From positions 87,378-151,377 of the IMG/VR virus record IMGVR_UViG_3300036792_000267: a stretch of DNA of 64,000 nucleotides. The stretch is one strand, 5' to 3'. The translations under genes and the position numbers were made by a program. This document shows, one piece after another, positions 38,203 through 45,714 of this stretch. Each line of letters starts with the position of its first letter. Within the stretch, counting starts at the first letter, position 1. Below the pieces are notes generated by a model. It did not search any database, was not told the origin of the DNA, and worked only from the letters and a program-made list of their open reading frames with translations. Source of the DNA: a virus.

Positions 38203-38835
38203 GTGGTGGACGAATCGGTCGCATCCCTGGCAGACCCCTCCCTCCGGGGGTTTATCCGCGAGATCCGGCGTATTCTCGTCCATCCTGACCTGGGCCTGGA
38301 CCAGAAGCTCATCGCCGTGGCGGGCGCGGCGGACGAGCTGGCCCCTCCCCCGGGTCCCTCCCCGGCAACCCGGCTGGCCCTGATGCTGCGGCGCGGCGGT
38401 AAGCCGTTCACGCTGCTGGCCGCCGGGGTCGCCGGGGAGGAAGTCCGCGTGAAGCTTGACCGCCAGGAGACCCGGCCGCCGAACGACCGGGAGTGGCGGC
38501 TGCTGTCGCGACCCGGGCAGGTGCAGAGCCGGGCTGGCTCCCTGTACCTGCCCGGGTCCGGCCTGGTGGTGGCGGAGGTGACTTCCGTGGTGGTGCCGTT
38601 CCGCCTGGACGCCTACGCGCGCGCCGAGCTGAAGGCGGGGAAGGTGCCGCTGGGCGCGGTGCTCGCGGCCCTGCCGGGGGCACGCCGGGAGCCGCTGGAA
38701 GTCCGCGAGACCTGCGCCGGCCGGGTGCTGTCGGCAGCGCGGATGCACGCGGGCGGCTGGCCGGTGGCGCTGGCTACGGAGTCCGTCACGCCCGAGTTCA
38801 TCGCCCTACTTGACTCAAGTCAAGCCATCGCCTAA
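38203..38835 (+). CDS. Chorismate-lyase/UTRA-fold-like protein
   Basis: VAEVTSVVVPFRL...ELKAGKVPLGAVL...PVALATE resembles the chorismate pyruvate-lyase fold. Confidence 0.4.
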   Translation: MVDESVASLADPSLRGFIREIRRILVHPDLGLDQKLIAVAGAADELAPPPGPSPATRLALMLRRGGKPFTLLAAGVAGEEVRVKLDRQETRPPNDREWRLLSRPGQVQSRAGSLYLPGSGLVVAEVTSVVVPFRLDAYARAELKAGKVPLGAVLAALPGARREPLEVRETCAGRVLSAARMHAGGWPVALATESVTPEFIALLDSSQAIA

Positions 38836-38873
38836 GCTTGGCCGTACAGGCAGCCAAGCGAAGGGCAGGCACG
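38809..38873 (+). promoter_or_regulatory. Cassette promoter/leader element
   Basis: CTTGACTCAAGTCAAG; 17-TAAGCT; GAAGGGCAGGCAC. Confidence 0.85.
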
Positions 38874-39272
38874 ATGGCAGACATCAAGCGGATCAACACG
38901 AGGGCGCAGCTACAGGAGCTGGCCAGTGAGCTGGGCGTGCTCCCCGACTGGCACGAGCCGAACCAGAGCGGCGTTGACGCCCTGGTGAGCGGCCACATGC
39001 TCGACAACGCGGGCTTCTGGGGCGTGGGCGGGACGGGCACCCTTCCGTCGGCCTACCAGGAGCTGTGGGTCACCATCACGCAGAAGAGCGACTACGACGG
39101 CAACGCCATCGCGGTGGCCGAGGTCAACCTCGCGATGCTGCTGGCCTGGTCGTGCGGCTACGAGGAAGAGCCGCGTCGGGCCACCGGGGGGACCACGACG
39201 GCACGACCCGGCAGCCAGGAGGCTTCCGACGTCTACCGCAGTCACCGTAACCGCCTGCGCGGCGGTAAGTAG
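38874..39272 (+). CDS. Hypothetical phage protein
   Basis: After leader motif; LGVLPDWHEP. Confidence 0.65.
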   Translation: MADIKRINTRAQLQELASELGVLPDWHEPNQSGVDALVSGHMLDNAGFWGVGGTGTLPSAYQELWVTITQKSDYDGNAIAVAEVNLAMLLAWSCGYEEEPRRATGGTTTARPGSQEASDVYRSHRNRLRGGK

Positions 39273-39394
39273 CCGCTTGACCGCAGTCGAGTCGGCGCGC
39301 ACACTGGCGGTGATAAGCCCGCTTCACGCAATTCCCCGAGGAGGCCGCGCACACGCCAGGCACAACTGAATCCCTAAGACACGAAACATCCCCG

Positions 39395-39436
39395 GTAACA
39401 GCCCCGTGGCCTTCTGCCCGCGGGGCTGTTACTTTG
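39395..39436 (+). terminator. Intrinsic terminator-like hairpin
   Basis: GTAACAGCCCCG/CGGGGCTGTTAC followed by TTT. Confidence 0.6.
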
Positions 39437-39473
39437 CCGTGCGGCGGCCACCGCGCGCCGCTACGATGCGGCC

Positions 39474-40247
39474 ATGCCTGATGACCCGTTCGCCGCGCTG
39501 TACGCCGAGCACCTGCCGGCCGCGCGGCGCCTGGCCCTGGCCCTGGTGCCCGCCGACGCGGCCGAGGACATCGTGGCGGAGGCGTTCACGCGGGTGCTGG
39601 CGCGGCAGCTGGCGGGCGGCGGGCCTGACGGCGCGTTCCGCCCCTACCTGCTGGCTGCGGTGCGCAACCTGGCGCGAGACTGGCTGGCCGAGCGGCGCCG
39701 CGTCGCCCCCTCGCCGATCGACCCTCGCGCGCACCGGGTGCCAGGCGCCGGCGAGCTGGTGACCGCGGCCGAGGAGGCGGCGATGACCCGCCGGGCGTTC
39801 GAGTCCCTGCCCGGCCGCTGGCGCGCGGTGCTGTGGCAGACCGAGGTGGAGGGGCGCACGCCGGGCGAGCTGGCGCAGGTCTCCGGCATGACCCCCAACG
39901 CCGTGGCGCAGCTGGCGGCGCGGGCGCGCATCGGCCTGGCGCTGGCGTGGCACCGCGAGCGGGGCACGCAGGAGCGCATCACCGGGCCGGCCCCTGCGCT
40001 GGTTCGGCTGGCGGAGCGGAAATACCGGAAGACGCTTGACACGAGTCAAGCCGATAGCTTAGACTGTGACTACAGCAAGCGGAACGGACCAGAGGGCAGG
40101 CACCCGATGTACGCAGGCGAGTACTACGCAGACGGCGACAACTACTACCCCGGCTCCGATGACGACGAGCTGAGCCCGTTCGACCAGGCGATGAGCCAGC
40201 TGGCCGTGCAGGCCGCGCGCATCGCGCAGTTCGAGCAGGGCAACTAG
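39474..40247 (+). CDS. ECF-type RNA polymerase sigma factor (reading frame runs on through the next cassette)
   Basis: FAALYAEH...AEDIVAEAF...FRPYLLAAVRNL (region 2); AFESLPGRWRAVLW...ELAQVSGMTPNAVAQLAARAR (region 4). Confidence 0.8.
   Translation: MPDDPFAALYAEHLPAARRLALALVPADAAEDIVAEAFTRVLARQLAGGGPDGAFRPYLLAAVRNLARDWLAERRRVAPSPIDPRAHRVPGAGELVTAAEEAAMTRRAFESLPGRWRAVLWQTEVEGRTPGELAQVSGMTPNAVAQLAARARIGLALAWHRERGTQERITGPAPALVRLAERKYRKTLDTSQADSLDCDYSKRNGPEGRHPMYAGEYYADGDNYYPGSDDDELSPFDQAMSQLAVQAARIAQFEQGN
40035..40106 (+). promoter_or_regulatory. Cassette promoter/leader driving the small ORF and putative ncRNA
   Basis: CTTGACACGAGTCAAG; TTGACA-18-TAGACT; AGGGCAGGCACCCG-ATG. Confidence 0.8.
40107..40247 (+). 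CDS. Small acidic protein (46 aa)
   Basis: ATG after leader motif; MYAGEYYADGDNYYPGSDDDELSPF... Confidence 0.55.
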   Translation: MYAGEYYADGDNYYPGSDDDELSPFDQAMSQLAVQAARIAQFEQGN

Positions 40248-40249
40248 GC

Positions 40250-40993
40250 CCCGGCGGGCCGCCGACAACCTAAGCCCAAGCCAGTACCTGCCTGCGGGCG
40301 GGGTGCGGACATTGGCGGTGAGGCGGCCCGGCGGACAACTCCACAGAGACTTGGGGGCAACGGGACCCTGCAAGGCCAACGCCCTGCGTTGTGTCAAGAT
40401 CGCAACTTGGCGTCCTCGCGGGCTGGGGTCGGAAACCGATGGCCGTTGTCCCCTAAAACTCCCCGGGCTGTTGTATCGAGTACCTGGCGAACGCGTGAGC
40501 GACACAGGCAGGATTAAGTTCCAGCCTTTGGCAACACCGCTACGGACCAGCGAAACACGCGGCAGCCCGGGGGTTAGGCGGAGGGTAACCCCTGGCGGTT
40601 CTGGGTTACCTGAGTGCACCCTCCGATGAACCGAAGTGGGGCCGGGAGGCTCCAGTCGGCAGGCTGTCCTCCCGGCGCCCGCGCTAAAACTCCATAGACG
40701 AGGGGTCTCGTTCGAGGCGAGGCGGTACCCAGTCCGCCTTTACCTGCACTGGACGGCTTTCCGGCTCCGGCTGGCGGCAACCTGGCGGCCCTGATGCGCT
40801 TACAGCCTGTGCCCGTGGTCATTCCGCGGTCGCGGTACTGCGGCGCGGAAAGCTGCCAGCTCAATCCATCGTGGCTGACACGTAACGCAGGGCTTGGGGT
40901 TTGTGACCCGACAGTGAGCACTGCTCCCCCTCGCGAACGCCCTAGCGGATGTCTCGGTTGCCTGCCCTGCCCCGCTAGGGCGTTCGCATTTTT
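40250..40993 (+). ncRNA. Putative large structured ncRNA (~740 nt), family unrecognised
   Basis: No credible gene across 0.75 kb in a densely coding region; at least 10 helices with G-U pairs on the + strand, GNRA-type loops, long-range 40376-40396/40876-40897 pairing, terminal hairpin plus T-tract. Confidence 0.7.
40933..40993 (+). terminator. 16-bp terminal hairpin whose 23-nt loop is antisense to the leader motif
   Basis: GCGAACGCCCTAGCGG/CCGCTAGGGCGTTCGC followed by ATTTTT. Confidence 0.8.
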
Positions 40994-40995
40994 AT

Positions 40996-41056
40996 CTTGA
41001 CTTGAGTAAAGCACATGAGTACGCTGTAGCCAGGAAACCCACCGAAGGGCAGGCAC
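40996..41056 (+). promoter_or_regulatory. Cassette promoter/leader element
   Basis: CTTGACTTGAGTAAAG; 17-TACGCT; GAAGGGCAGGCAC-ATG. Confidence 0.8.
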
Positions 41057-41470
41057 ATGGAAATTGACATCACCGCGCTGCTGGCGGTCTCCGACGACGA
41101 GAGCCCGGACCTGACCGGGCTGCTGGAGGCCGTCGAGGCCGCGAGCAGCCAGGACCAGACTGCGTGGCTGACAGACAAGGGGCAGCGCATCGCGGCCATC
41201 GTGCCGGTCGACGTCGCCGAGTACCACGATGAGATGACTCGCCGCGTGCTGACCACGCCGGCCGGTCCCCGGGTGAAGTTCCCTGAGGTCACGGTGCAGC
41301 TGAGCGGAGGGGACGGCAGTACGGGCGTCATCATGGCCAAGGTTGCCGACGCGATGGGCGCCGCCGGCGTCGACAGGCGGGACATCCGCAGCTTCCGCGA
41401 GGGCATCCTCGCCTGCGAGAGCTACGAGGCCGTTCTCGCGCTGGCTCAGCGCACGGTCAACGTCGAGTAG
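41057..41470 (+). CDS. Phd/YefM-like N-terminal domain fused to a small phage domain
   Basis: TAWLTDKGQRIAAIVPVD is Phd-like; VQLSGGDG...SYEAVL C-terminus. Confidence 0.55.
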   Translation: MEIDITALLAVSDDESPDLTGLLEAVEAASSQDQTAWLTDKGQRIAAIVPVDVAEYHDEMTRRVLTTPAGPRVKFPEVTVQLSGGDGSTGVIMAKVADAMGAAGVDRRDIRSFREGILACESYEAVLALAQRTVNVE

Positions 41471-41482
41471 AGGGGCAGGCAC

Positions 41483-41710
41483 ATGGATCAGAAGACCAGT
41501 CCAGAAGAGGCCGCGTCGGCCCTGGATGAGATCCGCGACCAGGCCCGCCGTTACCTGGAGGCCCGGTACGGCAAGGACGTCTGGTTCCGGGCGCCGGAGA
41601 CGTTCGACAACGCGGTCGAGCGGTGGGTCTGGGCGGTTGCCTCCGGGGCCGAGGCAGTTACCGGCGAAGAGGCCATGACGGCCATCGAGCAGCATTTCCG
41701 GTCTAGGTGA
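41483..41710 (+). CDS. Hypothetical protein
   Basis: GGGGCAGGCAC-ATG. Confidence 0.65.
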   Translation: MDQKTSPEEAASALDEIRDQARRYLEARYGKDVWFRAPETFDNAVERWVWAVASGAEAVTGEEAMTAIEQHFRSR

Positions 41711-41721
41711 GGGGCAGGCAC

Positions 41722-42159
41722 ATGGCACGGCTACCGAGTGAGAAGTACCTTATCCAGCAGGTCGGCGGCGTGGTGATCCTCTTCGAGGATTTCACCGAGC
41801 GCGAGATCGCCAGGTTCGACTCCGGCAACCAGGACGCGACCGCTAAGGCACAGCAGGTCATCAGCGGCAGTGAGCTGGGTGAAGAGGACAGGTGCTTCGC
41901 GCACTTCTGGTCTGGCTACTTCAGCTCGTACAACGGGCATCCTGCTCCGGCGGGCGGCCCGGTCACTTACGACAAGCCGAGCGACCTGGTGGGCGTGTTC
42001 GGTGAGGATAACCACCGGGCGGTGGTCACGTTCGACCCGCGGGACCAGAACGCCGCGGCTAAGGCGCAGGCCGCTATTCACTTCAGCGACGCTCTCAGCG
42101 AGGACGCCAAGCGCGCCGCCCACTTCTGGTCGGGCTACTTCTACGGCCTCGCGTCATGA
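41722..42159 (+). CDS. Hypothetical protein with duplicated domain
   Basis: GGGGCAGGCAC-ATG; FD..Q.A.AKAQ..I...AHFWSGYF twice. Confidence 0.7.
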   Translation: MARLPSEKYLIQQVGGVVILFEDFTEREIARFDSGNQDATAKAQQVISGSELGEEDRCFAHFWSGYFSSYNGHPAPAGGPVTYDKPSDLVGVFGEDNHRAVVTFDPRDQNAAAKAQAAIHFSDALSEDAKRAAHFWSGYFYGLAS

Positions 42160-42347
42160 GCAAGAAGGGCACCAGGCGCCGCCAGCGGCTGTGCGCGCCG
42201 GATAACCACGTCCCCGCAGACCGCCAGGGTTTCGTCACCGACGTTCGCGTCCGCCAGGTGGCGGAGTCCGGCTTTCCGCGCGTCTCCTACGAGAGCGTCT
42301 GCGCGCTGCTGGGCAAGGTCCCTACCGGGAACGGGGGCACACGATGA
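42156..42347 (+). CDS. Hypothetical protein
   Basis: ATGA coupling. Confidence 0.45.
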   Translation: MSKKGTRRRQRLCAPDNHVPADRQGFVTDVRVRQVAESGFPRVSYESVCALLGKVPTGNGGTR

Positions 42348-42763
42348 CCACGATCTACGTCAAGGGCCAGGACGTCCGGGTGGGCGATGACCTGTGGTCC
42401 ATGGGTGCGCCGTGCCGCGTCATCGGGATCAGGCCGTACGTGCACCCGGTGGTCACCCGCAACGAGGAATGGCGGGTGGCTGAGTTCGCCGTTGGCGGCC
42501 GGACCCTTGCTTACGAGCACGGCTACGCGGCCGGTTACGAAATTACCCTGGTGCCCGGAGACGACCGTACGGCCGGCGGTAGCCGCGTCGACCCTGACGA
42601 CTACCTGGACCCGTACCTGTCTGCCGCTGCGGTGCTGTGGGCGCGGTACGAGGCTGAGGGTAAGCCGGGCTTGTGGCGCGCGTGGGTGGAAGCGCTCCCG
42701 CCGGAAGACCTGCCAGGGCCGCACTCGTCGGGCCTCACCTGCTTCACCGGCGTGAAGGCGTGA
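42344..42763 (+). CDS. Hypothetical protein
   Basis: ATGA coupling. Confidence 0.6.
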   Translation: MTTIYVKGQDVRVGDDLWSMGAPCRVIGIRPYVHPVVTRNEEWRVAEFAVGGRTLAYEHGYAAGYEITLVPGDDRTAGGSRVDPDDYLDPYLSAAAVLWARYEAEGKPGLWRAWVEALPPEDLPGPHSSGLTCFTGVKA

Positions 42764-43137
42764 GCGGGACGTACGCCGTGGTCACCCTGAACGGGGACCG
42801 CGAGCACGCCGACGCCGGGTACAGCAAGGCCGACGCCGAGAGCTGGACTGACGTCCTGCGCGATGAACTGGGGATCACCGGCGCCGAGGTCCGCGACTTG
42901 CTGCCCGGCCTGCAGGCCCGGTTCCCGGTCGGCGGCAAGGTGTGGCTCAGCCAGCGGGTGCACTGGAGGCCTGGCCAGGCGGGCACGGTGACCGAGGGCG
43001 AGCCGGAGAGCTACGCCCGCTGGCCGGAGCGCGGTCCCTCGCCCTGGTTCCTCAGTGGCGACGGGGCGTCGGTGCACGTGCTCCTTGACGACGGCTACGA
43101 GAGCTGGTGGCCAGCCCGCTGGCTGGAGACCCGGTGA
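42760..43137 (+). CDS. Hypothetical protein
   Basis: GTGA coupling. Confidence 0.55.
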   Translation: MSGTYAVVTLNGDREHADAGYSKADAESWTDVLRDELGITGAEVRDLLPGLQARFPVGGKVWLSQRVHWRPGQAGTVTEGEPESYARWPERGPSPWFLSGDGASVHVLLDDGYESWWPARWLETR

Positions 43138-43622
43138 AATTCTCAGACATCGACGCGCGGGTCAGCCAGGCAGAGGCCGTGACCGAGGGGTGCCCGAAGT
43201 GCGGGGCAGCGCGAGGCGCGTGGTGTACCTACGTCACCGACATACCCGCGACCTCGCGCATCCGGTGGCGGAACCCGGGTAACGCCGAAACTGAGTGGCT
43301 GCACCGCAAGGGCGACCTCCTGGAGAGCGGCCGGGCGCACTCGGAGCGCATCGCGCTTATCCGCGCGAAGCGGCTGCGCGAGTGGCGGTCATGGTCGCGC
43401 CGCGGCCGGCAGGCTGTGGCGGCAATGCCGGATGACCTGCGCGCGGCAGCAGCGGCAATGCGCGCGTGGGACGTGGCCGAGTACAACGCGCTGCGGGACT
43501 GGCTGGCTGAGCACGGGCACCTCCTGGTGAACGCTAACCGGATGCGGCCGGATGGCACGGCCCGCGGTGAGAGCTACGCCCGCATTCAGGCTGAGCGGGA
43601 AATTGACCAGGCGTTCGAATGA
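43134..43622 (+). CDS. Zinc-finger protein (paralog of 47015-47326)
   Basis: CPKCGAARGAWCTY...HRKGDLL...HSER. Confidence 0.6.
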   Translation: MKFSDIDARVSQAEAVTEGCPKCGAARGAWCTYVTDIPATSRIRWRNPGNAETEWLHRKGDLLESGRAHSERIALIRAKRLREWRSWSRRGRQAVAAMPDDLRAAAAAMRAWDVAEYNALRDWLAEHGHLLVNANRMRPDGTARGESYARIQAEREIDQAFE

Positions 43623-44029
43623 CTGAGTACGACCGGGTGAGCCAGGCGGAGATGCTGGAGACGTACGTGCCCGAGCGCTGGGCGGGAACCCTCGCCTGCT
43701 GCCTGGCTCATCGCCGGCGGATGTTCTGGATGTCCTGGTGGGGGTGCTGGGTGCACGCCGGCGGCATGAAGCCGTGCGAGGCGATGGAGGGCGAGCCTGA
43801 CCCGGAGGAGCTGCACTGCCGTTACTGCGGCACGCGGGTCATCCCCGGCGGCGGAGACGCGCTGTGGGAGCACGTGCCAGACGGCCAAGGGTGGTGGGAG
43901 CACCGCGGGGGCGCTCCCAGCGCCGACTACTGGCATGACGGCAAGTGGACCGACAAGTGCGCAATCTCGCCCACGTTTCACCATGAGGTAACGCGCTTGC
44001 GCTTCACAGAAGTCAAGCAGGCCGGCTAG
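43619..44029 (+). CDS. Cys/Trp-rich hypothetical protein
   Basis: ATGA coupling. Confidence 0.55.
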   Translation: MTEYDRVSQAEMLETYVPERWAGTLACCLAHRRRMFWMSWWGCWVHAGGMKPCEAMEGEPDPEELHCRYCGTRVIPGGGDALWEHVPDGQGWWEHRGGAPSADYWHDGKWTDKCAISPTFHHEVTRLRFTEVKQAG

Positions 44030-44067
44030 GCTAACCCGCCAGTAACCCCGCTGAGGGGAGAGCGTCC

Positions 44068-44334
44068 GTGAACGCCGCTACCGAGTCAGCCGAGTCCGCG
44101 CAGGCTGTCGGCGAAGCCGCCGATGCGAGCCCCTGCCTGGAAATCGGGGAGTCCAAGGTCTACGCCGGGCTGAGCCCTGACGGCGTGCTCGTGATTCGCG
44201 CCTACCCGGCTGGTGACACGCTGGTCGCGGTGCTGGTTGACGAGACGCTCGTGGCTGGCAGCGAGGTGGACTGGAAGCCGCGCGGCAGGCACCGTAGACA
44301 ACTTGACTCCAGTCAAGACAACGGAGAGGGTTAA
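44068..44334 (+). CDS. Hypothetical protein
   Basis: GAGGGGAG SD; degenerate promoter copy at 44002. Confidence 0.55.
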   Translation: MNAATESAESAQAVGEAADASPCLEIGESKVYAGLSPDGVLVIRAYPAGDTLVAVLVDETLVAGSEVDWKPRGRHRRQLDSSQDNGEG

Positions 44335-44462
44335 TCCTCTCTCGCCCGGGGTTGCCGTATGCGATACTGGGGGCGACCGGGCACAGCGTTATCCCCCAGT
44401 AGCGCGCCCTGGTTCCTCCTGCAGCCTCGCGGCTCCCCCGTCCGCGGGGCTGCAGTCTTTGT

Positions 44463-44527
44463 CTTGACATGAGTCAAGAGCCTGCCTTAGCCTGGTGCTT
44501 AACAGCAGTCAAGCAAAGGTCAGGCAC
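44463..44527 (+). promoter_or_regulatory. Cassette promoter/leader element
   Basis: CTTGACATGAGTCAAG; 18-TAGCCT; AAGGTCAGGCAC-ATG; preceded by hairpin CTGCAGCC...GGCTGCAG. Confidence 0.75.
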
Positions 44528-44758
44528 ATGACGAGCGAAGAGGTGGCGGCAATCCTCGGTGTGGGGCGTGGCCCGGCTATCGGCCACCTGTCGCGGCTAC
44601 GTCGCAGCGACCTGGAGGGCATTGCCCGCTCCCGCGGGGTCAGCCTTACCGCCGGCGAGGCACAGCGGCACCTGGCCGCCCGGGTTGTCGACCAGGTGTA
44701 CGGGCAGGCTAAGCGAGACTCCCAGCCGCGGAAGAGGGCTAGCCGTTCCCGCCGGTAG
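44528..44758 (+). CDS. Hypothetical protein
   Basis: After leader motif. Confidence 0.55.
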   Translation: MTSEEVAAILGVGRGPAIGHLSRLRRSDLEGIARSRGVSLTAGEAQRHLAARVVDQVYGQAKRDSQPRKRASRSRR

Positions 44759-44822
44759 CTTGACTTGAGTTAAGACATGCCTTATACTTGAGGTACGAGC
44801 TTCCGAGCGAAGGGCAGGCACA
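44759..44822 (+). promoter_or_regulatory. Cassette promoter/leader element
   Basis: CTTGACTTGAGTTAAG; 17-TATACT; CCGAGCGAAGGGCAGGCAC. Confidence 0.85.
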
Positions 44823-45317
44823 ATGCCAGCAGAAGCCAAGTACGACATGACCGTTTACCCGACCGCGGGCCTGGTGCGCAGCGCCAGCGACGGCGCGCGG
44901 ACCCACCAGGTGACCCTGGGGTCCTGCGACTGCGCGGACTTCATCAACCGCAAGGGGAAGCTGATCGAGGTCGGCGACGTCATGGCGGTGACCGTGTGCA
45001 AGCACATCGCCGAGTTCATCGAGCGCGCCGGCGGCTGGCACCGCCCGCCCGAGCCGGGCCCGGTTATCTACCAGGACCTCACGCGGGCGCAGGCAGGGAC
45101 CCTTCTCACCTCCCACCACATCGCCGCGGACCTGGCGGACCGGCTGCTGCGCGCGGCGATCGGCTCTAGCCCGGTAGCGGCGCTGGTCACCATCGCCAAC
45201 GGCGACATGTGGGCGAAGTACAACGCTGCCACCCGGCGCTACACCGTGGCCATCCCGGCGGGCTGGCCCGCCGACCTTCCCGAAGGCTTCCCCACCGTTT
45301 CTAGGGCGGTGCTCTGA
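44823..45317 (+). CDS. SWIM zinc-finger protein
   Basis: SCDCADF...VCKHI. Confidence 0.65.
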   Translation: MPAEAKYDMTVYPTAGLVRSASDGARTHQVTLGSCDCADFINRKGKLIEVGDVMAVTVCKHIAEFIERAGGWHRPPEPGPVIYQDLTRAQAGTLLTSHHIAADLADRLLRAAIGSSPVAALVTIANGDMWAKYNAATRRYTVAIPAGWPADLPEGFPTVSRAVL

Positions 45318-45361
45318 CCCTGCCAGGAGTCGGCTCTCCGGAGCCGGGGAAAGGGGCAGGC

Positions 45362-45471
45362 CAGGACCCCCGGGCGAGTGACGCGCCCGGGGGTCCTGCT
45401 ATGTGCTTGACTCAAGTCAAGCCATGCACTAAGCTGGCAGTACCAGCAACCGAGCGAAGGGCAGGCACCCG
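45362..45471 (+). promoter_or_regulatory. Hairpin + cassette promoter/leader element
   Basis: CAGGACCCCCGGGCG/CGCCCGGGGGTCCTG stem; CTTGACTCAAGTCAAG at 45406; 17-TAAGCT; GCAACCGAGCGAAGGGCAGGCACCCG. Confidence 0.85.
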
Positions 45472-45714
45472 ATGCTAGTAGAACCCGGACAGCGCGACGA
45501 GTACGGCGGAGACCTCTCCAAGGTGGCGGACCTCCTGGGCGAGGACGAGGTGGGGGTGAAGGTCGACCTCGCCGAGATCGGCGACCTGGTGAAGCTCACG
45601 GTCGACTCGACCACCGTGACCGGCAGCAAGCACGTTTACCTGGACCCGATCTCCGCCGACGAGCTGGCCGACCTGCTGAAGATGCGGGCGCGGGAAGCGC
45701 GGGGTGTCCAGTGA
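45472..45714 (+). CDS. Hypothetical protein
   Basis: After leader motif. Confidence 0.65.
   Translation: MLVEPGQRDEYGGDLSKVADLLGEDEVGVKVDLAEIGDLVKLTVDSTTVTGSKHVYLDPISADELADLLKMRAREARGVQ

Noticed and set aside
40250-40993. tmRNA, RNase P, tRNA cluster or group I/II intron
   Set aside because: No tRNA-like ends or CCA, no GAGGAAAGUCC, not interrupting an ORF, and no recognisable intron core by eye
40303-41000. ORFs 40303-40629 and 40794-41000
   Set aside because: No SD or leader motif, atypical codon and amino-acid composition; dense RNA structure explains the region better
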